From Fonticula alba ATCC 38817 (lineage: Eukaryota; Protista; Nucleariida): a DNA stretch of 15,994 nt. The stretch is taken from the NCBI GenBank assembly GCA_000388065.2, contig KB932207.1. One strand, 5' to 3'. The position numbers were made by a program, and so were the translations under genes. Under the pieces are notes generated by a model, which saw only the letters and a list, made by a program, of their open reading frames with translations, was not told the origin of the DNA and did no database searches. Every line of letters begins with the position of its first letter. Position 1 is the stretch's first letter. Below, in pieces: positions 9,273-15,994 of the stretch.

Positions 9273-11371
9273 GGGGGAGGGAGAGGGGCCGAAGGAAAAA
9301 AAAGAAAAGAGGGGAGAAGCGCAGGAACATGGGCGCCAGCACGCACACTGAGCACCGGGAACCACCGGCTGATGAGGCTGTGGAAGATGTGCAGCGAAAG
9401 GACAAAGCGATCGGCGTGCGGGGCGTGCACGGTCCAGGCGGCGCCGCGCTGCAGCGCCATCGGCCCGGCCGGCGCCTCGAAGACCGGGTCCCGGCCCGGC
9501 ACCAGCAGCCCATCACCGGCCCCGGGCGAGGCGCCCTGGAGGACATGCGGCGGGGCCAGCTGCGAGCCGGGCATGTGCCGGCCAGCCACGCTGCCAAGAT
9601 CCCCGGCCTCGATGGCCGTCAGGGCCACATGGGCCATGGACGGCCCGAGCCCCTGGGCATTGGAGGTGGCCTGCCAGGGGGGGATGGCTGCCGAGTGGGA
9701 AATGTGCCCGGCATGGCGGGCCAAAGCCGGGACCAGGCAATCGCGCACCGAATCCAGCAGAAGGGTCTGCGCCGCGGGCGAGGGACGCCACACCGGGATG
9801 GCCGCCGTGCAGAGAAGCGCCCGCAGATCCGGCAGGGGCGGCCCGCCATGGGGGCCGCTCCGCAAGCCGGCCCACACTTCGGCCAAAGTGCCCCGGCAAA
9901 GGCCCGACAGCAGGGCACTGGACCCGGGCACCGGCAGGATGTCCGTCGCGGACAGGTGGAACTCCGGGCCCGGGCTGATGAGCTGTGCCGAGTCGAGGAT
10001 CTGCCGGAGCAGGTCCAGTGCCAGGGTCCGCAGGGACTCGGTGGTCTGACCGGCCAGGGTCCCGGGGGCGGTTTCGTCGTCTGGGCCACCGCTGCCGGCA
10101 TGCTCCACGAGGGCCACATAGTCGGCCATGGGCGGGTCTTCCGACAGACGCAGAACCCCGCCCAAGACGGACGGCGGCAGGGGCATGGTCCCGCGCATGG
10201 TGATACGGCACAGGTCCCGGAAGACCATGATCGCATCCGACTCGGCATCCGTGCACTGGACCAGCAGGTCGGCAAAGGCCTGAGAGGCCTCCAGCGAGGC
10301 GTCCTGCTTGCCGGTGGCACCCCGCCCGCCGGAGCCCGGGCCGGTGGCACCAAGCGGCGAGGCCGGAACAGACGGCGCACCGGCCAGCACCGGGCTGCCG
10401 GCCGCATCCTCCGTGGCATCTGCCGCGGGAGACCCGCCCTCGGGGCCGGCCTCGCTGCTGAGAGAGTACTGTTGAGGGGGCATCCGAGACCAGGCTGGCA
10501 TCGGCGAACACGGGNNNNNNNNNNNNNNNNNNNNNNNNNNNNNNNNNNNNNNNNNNNNNNNNNNNNNNNNNNNNNNNNNNNNNNNNNNNNNNNNNNNNNN
10601 NNNNNNNNNNNNGGGGGGACTCTCGGCAGAAGACATGGAGGCGATGGCGGCGACAGCGGACAAGCGGCAGAGGGGGGGGGGGGGGGGGGGCGGGGGCGGG
10701 GGCGGGGGCGGGGGAGGGCGGCAGCAGGGGGAGGGCGGCAGCAGGGGGTGCGGCCACGGGTCGGGAGAGGAGTAACGCCAAGGGGCGGACATGTGAGCGG
10801 AAGGCCGGAGCAGACACCCACCGGTCAAGCCGACGGAAGGAAGGGAAAAGGCCCCACAGGGAGAAAGGGCCCGAGAGACAGGGAAGGGGGGAGGGAGGGG
10901 GAGGGGAGGAGGAAGGACGCACACAGGAGGACAATTTCGACAGGCTGGAGGCCTTATCGGTGTTGACCCGGGACAGGACCACTTGCATGATCTGCTCCAG
11001 CAGAGCGCGCGCGGTCATGTGGTTGATGCTGGCCGGCGGGGCGCCGCCCAGCTGCGGCGGCACCATCGCGCTCGTAAAGGTGAAGCTGGTGGCGGGAGCG
11101 GCGGCGGCGGCGGCAGGGCCGGCAGCAGGCGAGGCGGACCCCGGGTGCGGGGACCCCGGCTCGGAAGAGGTCCCCGAGGACAGGCTCCGCAGTGAGCTGG
11201 TCGAGGCCAAGCCGAGACTGTCGATGGCCGCGTTGAAGGATGCCAGGCTGGCGGCCGCCGTGGTCGACGATCCGACCGAGGTCGAGGCGATGACCAGGCA
11301 GCACCGGATGGTCAGCAGGAGCGACGCACCGCGCACTGTGCTGTTGGGCGAGGTCACCAGGGAGCTAATGC

Positions 11372-11428
<57 letters not shown>

Positions 11429-12191
11429 ATGTGTGTCGGCAGCAGCCGGCGAGGGGTTAGCGCGCGTACAGGGGCAGAGATCCGGTGGGAGGGGCCATGC
11501 CAATTGCCACGCACCTTGAGGACCTGCTGCTCGATCTGGTCCTCGGTATGGGGCCCGACATAGCAGCTGCACACGGTGGCCACCACCTGGTCGATGAGCG
11601 CCGCCTCGGGCGGGAGATCGATGACACGCGCCAGGCCCACCTCGGGGGAGAAGGCCCCGCGCAGGCCGCGGCTCTGCTGAGAGGCCGCCTGGTCAGCGGC
11701 CTGAGCCGCCGGGTCCGGCGGCAAGGGGGCCAGATCCGACCGGGAGAAAAAAACCCCGGCCAGGGCCAGGCGCTGAATGGTGTCCAAGGCGCGGGCCACG
11801 ATGCGGGAAGAGAAGGACGGCAGGATGCAAGCCAAATACAGCGGCCGGAAGATCTCGTGCGGGGAGAGAAGCGAAAAGTCGGCGTCTGCGGACGGGGGGC
11901 AGAGGGGAGGGGGGGGGGAGGGGGGGGGGCGGTCAGGAGCCGGCCGGCCGAGCTGGGGACCGAGGCAGGGGCCGAGAGAAAGAGCAAGGGCCGAGGGCCG
12001 CGCCTCCCCCCGGGGGGAGGCGCGAGGCTGCACGACATACCAACAACCGACTGGCAGGCCTCCAGGAGAGGCGCGTTGCGCTTGGCCTCCCGCGTGGCTG
12101 CCAGCTCCTGGACAGTGGTCTTGAAGAAAGCTGCGTGCGGGGGCCCGGAGGGCCGGACCGCCGCCGTGATGGAGGCAAACAGCTGGGACAT
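1089..12191 (-). CDS. SEC7: BIG/Sec7-family large ARF guanine-nucleotide exchange factor (ARFGEF1/2-, SEC7-like), spliced, about 2,940 aa minimum
   Basis: Coding exons (minus): 12191-12041, 11885-11515, 11372-10923, about 10468-9347 (5' edge uncertain, next to an N gap), 8722-7285, 7063-5721, 5494-4120, 3876-2401, 2191-1089(TAG). Junctions are GT..AG and phase-compatible. Motifs recognised: DCB (EIFRPLYLACILPSFSSRIVARALDTIQRL), DAIMVFRDLCRITM, HUS box (LVDFYANFDC), Sec7 motif 1 (FRLPGEAQRIDRIMLAFAEQY) and motif 2 (AYILAFSVIMLNVDLHSRQVKKRMSLDEFIRNNRGIN), HDS1 (DMLDFIWPSLL; GNYLDQLEW), HDS2 (ECICQLIRSYGEQMTGAWVPIL) and HDS3 (FWLPLLAALTRVVRRGEADPRTKAAHALFGLL). The HDS2/3 matches are BIG-like rather than GBF1-like, judged from remembered family sequences. 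Confidence 0.93.
5607..5655. repeat. G49 homopolymer (C49 on the sense strand) in Sec7-GEF intron 6
   Basis: Counted directly. The exact length may be affected by sequencing error. Confidence 0.9.
7307..8014 (-). other. Catalytic Sec7 domain within exon 5; glutamic-finger codon at 7636-7634
   Basis: Runs from FDRKRRLL to EVYQDIRQREIVM and includes FRLPGEAQRIDR with the catalytic Glu intact. Confidence 0.92.
8811..8839. repeat. G29 homopolymer in Sec7-GEF intron 4
   Basis: Counted directly. Confidence 0.88.
8938..8977. repeat. (ACACCG)6.7 hexanucleotide microsatellite in intron 4
   Basis: Six exact ACACCG units at 8938-8973 followed by ACAC. Confidence 0.92.
9237..9269. repeat. G33 homopolymer in Sec7-GEF intron 4
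   Basis: Counted directly. Confidence 0.88.
10515..10612. other. Assembly gap (98 N) at the intron 3/exon 4 boundary
   Basis: Run of N. The reading frame across it cannot be trusted. Confidence 0.99.
10672..10748. repeat. G19 run, (GGGGGC)n and a 17-bp tandem duplication GGGGAGGGCGGCAGCAG x2 in intron 3
   Basis: G run at 10672-10690; duplicated units at 10711-10727 and 10728-10744. Confidence 0.85.
11374..11427. repeat. (TG)27 microsatellite forming the 3' end of Sec7-GEF intron 2
   Basis: Perfect TG repeat. On the sense strand (CA)n runs directly into the acceptor AG at 11374-11373. Confidence 0.95.
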
Positions 12192-12201
12192 GGGCGCGAT
12201 C

Positions 12202-12204
<3 letters not shown>

Positions 12205-12243
<39 letters not shown>
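12205..12243. repeat. (GGC)13 / sense (GCC)13 trinucleotide repeat 13 nt upstream of the Sec7-GEF ATG
   Basis: 13 perfect units counted. Confidence 0.93.
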
Positions 12244-12246
<3 letters not shown>

Positions 12247-12267
12247 GAGGTCGGTCGCTTGGTCCCG

Positions 12268-12404
12268 CTGCCAGAGGAGGGGGGCGCGGGTGGGGTGGGT
12301 GGGGAGAAGGGGGCGGGGCGAAAGAGCGGAGAGAGGAAGGCAGAGGGGGGGGGGGAAGGGAGTCGCCATGATCGGGGGCCGGAGCCCGGGGGCCATCTAC
12401 GTAC
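12268..12404 (-). other. Probable 5'-UTR intron of the Sec7-GEF gene
   Basis: Donor GTACGT at 12404 and a C-rich tract ending CTCTGGCAG at 12268, the same architecture as the coding introns. An upstream coding exon hidden in the 12503-12636 gap cannot be excluded. Confidence 0.55.
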
Positions 12405-12502
12405 CGCCCCTTCAATGGGTCCCCGTTGGAGACGGGCCGGGGGGGAGCGTCGCGGACCAGGCAGGGCGGGATCAATGGCGCCAGAGGCGGCGCCGCGGCG
12501 CC

Positions 12503-12636
12503 NNNNNNNNNNNNNNNNNNNNNNNNNNNNNNNNNNNNNNNNNNNNNNNNNNNNNNNNNNNNNNNNNNNNNNNNNNNNNNNNNNNNNNNNNNNNNNNNNN
12601 NNNNNNNNNNNNNNNNNNNNNNNNNNNNNNNNNNNN
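12503..12636. other. Assembly gap (134 N) in the Sec7-GEF upstream region
   Basis: Run of N. Confidence 0.99.
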
Positions 12637-13005
12637 CCTGGGCGCCACTTTCGGACCAGCGACAGCTCCTCCCCCCCCCCCCCCCCCCCGGCCCCCCGCG
12701 CTCGGGCGTGCTCACGCTTCCGCGCGCACCCACACCCACACGCTGGTGCGTCCCGCCTTGTTCTCTGCACTCTGCCCCCCGCCCCCCGCCCCCCCCCCGG
12801 GGTGGGCCAGGCCGGACGCAACAGAGCATGCTGGGACGGGCCTGGTGCGTACAGATAGGCGTGGTGCATTCTTGGCGGCGATCACATGTTCCCATCCGGC
12901 GGCAGTTCATCGGCCATCGACGAGGTCCAAGAGAGCGAGGGGGAGGGAGAGCGAGAGACACCGGCGGGGAGACCCCAGGAGCAAGGGAGGGATGTCGGAC
13001 GGATG

Positions 13006-13058
13006 CGCAGACAACACAGGAGGGGGATACCGAGTGGGTGTTGGGTGGATTTTATATT
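13006..13058 (-). promoter_or_regulatory. AATATAAAA element: candidate UTP15 poly(A) signal or TATA box for the Sec7-GEF gene
   Basis: A rare AT-rich patch in the intergenic spacer. Minus strand reads AATATAAAAT (13058-13049), followed by GU-rich CTGTGTTGTCTG (about 13019-13008). Function is inferred only. Confidence 0.3.
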
Positions 13059-13471
13059 CGGATCTATGCGTATGCGCAGGCGGCAGCGCGGCGCTGGACG
13101 CACGCAGGAGGGAGGAGAGACAGAGAAAGAGGGAGGGGCAGGGGGGAGGGGAGGGGGGGGGGGCAGAGACCAGATCCCTCCCTTCGGCGTCGGCGTCGGC
13201 ACCCTCCCGGCCATCGTGGAGGCAGGACACGCTGGTGGTGTGGGAGGTGGGGGAGGGAGGGCAGAAGAGAGGGGACAAGGACGAGGGCGACGCGCGGCCG
13301 CCGGGTGGCGAGAGGGACAGAGATGGGAGGCGGGGGAGGGGCAGAGCCGAGGAGAGGGAGGCCAGGCGCGCACGCGGCTGCGCGGCGCACCACTCCGCCG
13401 CCCCCTCCCCCGCTCGCAGGTCACACGGCCCGGCCCCGTGCACGGCCGCCGGCCCGACACGGCCACACCCC

Positions 13472-15940
13472 TTAGTTGGAGGTGTTGGGCAGGTTCGCCG
13501 GCGAGATGACCGGCACGCTGTCCACACCGGACGGGCCACTGCGGGCCGGGAAGCCACGCGCCGAGACATCCGGCTGCAGCATCGGAGCCTCCGGCCGGCC
13601 GGCCGGCACAATGTGCCCGGTGGTCGAGGTGGACGCCGCGGCGAACAGCATATCCAGCGACCCGATCAGGGAAAAGAGGCGACGCTGGGTCTGGAGCTCG
13701 GCCGCCACGCGCGAGGACAGGCGAACCAGCATGTCGTCCAGGAGGGTGGACTTGCCGGCGTTGATGTCATAGAGGTCTGGCGTTGGGGTGGGGTTTTTTT
13801 TTTAATCGGCGAGCGCATTGTTCGCAGGTTAGAGCGGGAGGGAGGGGGGGGGGGCGGGGGACGGACGGGAACCGCAATGGATGCCGCAAGGGGAGGGAAG
13901 GGAGAAAAAAAAACAACAAGCGAGGGTGCTGCAGTCATCGGACCGGCAGCACAGCACGATCGTAGGACGGATGCGAGGGAGCAGGCGGATGGCGAGAGAG
14001 GGGCGGAGGGGGGTGCAGGGGGGGAAAAAAAGCGGGCGAGGGGAGCAGGGGGCACCCGGCAGCGCAAACGCACCGAGCAGCATGCTGGCCACATCGATCA
14101 GCAGCGACGAGTAGCGCGGGTTGTCAATGTGGCGGATGATGAACTGGAACAGCGGCAGGAGGTCGGTGTCCGAGCGGTTGAGCAGGGTCTGCTGCAGGGC
14201 ACTCCGCTGGACCAGCTCCTCCAGCAGGGAAATGACCACCAGCGGCGAGGCCGGGGATGCCTGGTTGGGGAAGGGCTTGTTGGAGGGCTGCCCATACTGG
14301 GAGGAGTGCTCGCGGCGGAGCTTCTCCAGGCGCTGGCTGTAATCCGGCGACAGGACCAAATCCAAGGCCGCCTGATACTCGTAGTTCTTGAGCAAACGCT
14401 CGAACGGCTGCAGCCGGGGCCGGCGCCGGGACTCCACCGTGAAGTCATTGGCACCGGGCTGGTGACCACGGCCGCGCACAAAGAACCGGTAGGAGCCCGA
14501 GGCCGGGGGCCGGGCCGAGCGCTTGCCGTCATTGACGATGGCCGCCTGGGTGGTGGCCTCGGCGGCGGCCGTGGCCGCCGGCACCGGGGCCACCGCCCGA
14601 CCGCTGGCCAGCGAGGCGGCCGTGGCCCGGTGGCGAATGCTCAGCAGGCCATTGGCCATGCCGGCCACCAGATGCGTGTTGTCCGGGCTCAGGGCCACCG
14701 ACAGCAGCGGAGCCGGGTACACCACCGAATGGGTGACGCTGTAGTCGCGCACGTCGTGGATCTTGACCGTGTGGTCCAATGAGCAGGACAGAATCCGCGT
14801 GTAGTCCGGATCGAAGGCCAGGCCGGTGACGGTCTTCTTGTGGGCGCGGACCTGGTGGATGGCCCGGCCACCGGCGGCCATGTCCCACGCGGTCCAGTGG
14901 TCTCCACCGGCCGACAGGGCCACCGACCCGCCGGGGAAGAGGCGCACGCACTCCACGGGCGCGCCATGCTCCATGGTCATGACAGCGCCCGCGGTACGGG
15001 CATCCCACAGCTTGACGGTATGATCGTAGGAGCCTGAGGGGAGGGGCGGCGGGAGGGGCGGACAGGCGCGACGGGGGGCAGGTGTGAGTAGGCGCGGCAG
15101 GTGTGAGTAGGCGCGGCAGGGTCCGGGGTGCGGGCGGGGAGCGATGCTCGAGAGTGAGGTTGCTTCATTTGGCGGCGGCACACAGGCACATGGGCGCGCG
15201 ATCGAGCGTGCGCACCGGTCAGGAAGAGGTTCGGGTTGTCCAGGTTCGGCACCATGGTCCGAATGTAATCCGAGTGGCCGTCATCGGTGGTGGTGAACTC
15301 CTGCTTCGGCTCGTCGGCCGACAGGTCCCACAGCTTGACCGTCCGGTCGTCGGAGGCCGAAATGACAGTCACATTGTCCGAAGCAAAGGCCGTAGCCCGG
15401 ACCGGGCCCAGGTGCGCCTTGTACGTCCGGAGAATGACACGCGTCTGGGTGTGGAAAACCTGGACACTGGCGTCCTCCGAGCCGGCCACCAGCAGCGAAC
15501 CATCCCGGCGGTAGGACCCGCTGTAGGCCACATCGCCGAAGCGCGAGATACTCCGACGGACAGCCTGATTGCTCTGGGAGTAAATTTGAACCTGCATGAT
15601 ACGCGGACGTGGGACAAGAAGGTGCGGCGGCGGCGGCGGCGGCGAGGGGGGGGGGGGGAGGCATTAGTGGCCATATGGCGCCATGGGGGAGGTCACAAAA
15701 GCGGGGGGGAGCCAGGGCAGGGCCGCGTGGCGGCGGGAGGGGGGGATGGCAACGCACCCGCATGCCGCTGGTCACGGCGAAGTCGTGCGGCCGGACGGGC
15801 GAGAAGTTGATGCTCGTCACGGCGCCCGTCTCCTTCACCAGGACCGGGAAGCGATACTTCCGCCAGTAGATAGACTCCTCGGTGCGGAGGCCCGGCAGCT
15901 TGGGGAACTGCCGCCGGGGGATGGGCTTCCACTCGGACAT
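13472..15940 (-). CDS. UTP15: U3 snoRNA-associated protein 15 (UtpA/t-UTP WD40 protein), spliced, 607 aa
   Basis: Exons 15940-15758, 15591-15216, 15033-14074 and 13776-13472(TAA) total 1824 nt, with all junctions GT..AG and in phase. Recognised features: N-terminus EESIYWRKYRFPVLVKETGAVTSINFSPVRPHDFAVTSG; SYRRDGSLLVAGSE; WD repeats (SASDDRTVKLWD, GHSDYIR, TGSYDHTVKLWD, MEHGAPVE, AHKKTVT, SCSLDHTVKIHD); GSYRFFVRG; and the UTP15 C-terminal domain (YQAALDLVL..VVISLLEELVQRSAL..IGSLDML). Confidence 0.96.
15077..15120. repeat. 19-bp tandem duplication (GGCAGGTGTGAGTAGGCGC x2.3) in UTP15 intron 2
   Basis: Units at 15077-15095 and 15096-15114, plus GGCAGG. Confidence 0.92.
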
Positions 15941-15950
15941 GTTGGCCGGG

Positions 15951-15994
15951 CTACAGGAGGGAGGGAGAGGATGGGGCAAAGGCAGGGGGGGGGG
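15951..15994 (-). other. 3' end of a probable 5'-UTR intron of UTP15
   Basis: A pyrimidine tract ends CCTCCTGTAG 10 nt upstream of CCAAC-ATG. The donor lies outside the window. Confidence 0.6.

Noticed and set aside
1089-12191. Splitting the Sec7-GEF region into several genes, as the ORF track suggests
   Set aside because: The segments join by phase-compatible GT-AG introns into the canonical DCB-HUS-Sec7-HDS order.
13472-15940. Functional link between UTP15 and the Sec7 GEF as a gene cluster
   Set aside because: They act in unrelated pathways (rRNA processing versus Golgi traffic). Adjacency in a compact genome needs no special explanation.
1-15994. Mobile element or horizontally acquired island
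   Set aside because: No transposase, RT or integrase motifs, terminal repeats or compositional break were seen.

Overview
GC-rich, intron-containing eukaryotic DNA. The style resembles a protist or early-diverging opisthokont such as Fonticula, but that is a guess. There are two assembly gaps (10515-10612 and 12503-12636). I can support three genes. (1) An intronless tRNA-Arg(CCG) at 23-95 (+) with a Pol III T-run. (2) A very large BIG/Sec7-family ARF guanine-nucleotide exchange factor on the minus strand (ATG 12191 to TAG 1089; 9 coding exons; about 2,900+ aa) with DCB, HUS, catalytic Sec7 and HDS regions. (3) A UTP15 ortholog (WD40 SSU-processome protein; ATG 15940 to TAA 13472; 4 coding exons; 607 aa) upstream on the same strand. 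Most other ORFs in the track are GC-rich antisense shadows or repeat translations. I see no new multi-gene system; this is a housekeeping locus. The best leads are a complete cryptic terminal exon plus AATAAA inside Sec7-GEF intron 4, a GTGCGT/GTACGT (+4C) donor consensus, distal branch points spaced by C-runs or (CA)n, a (GCC)13 5'-UTR repeat and a 169-bp alternating purine-pyrimidine tract.
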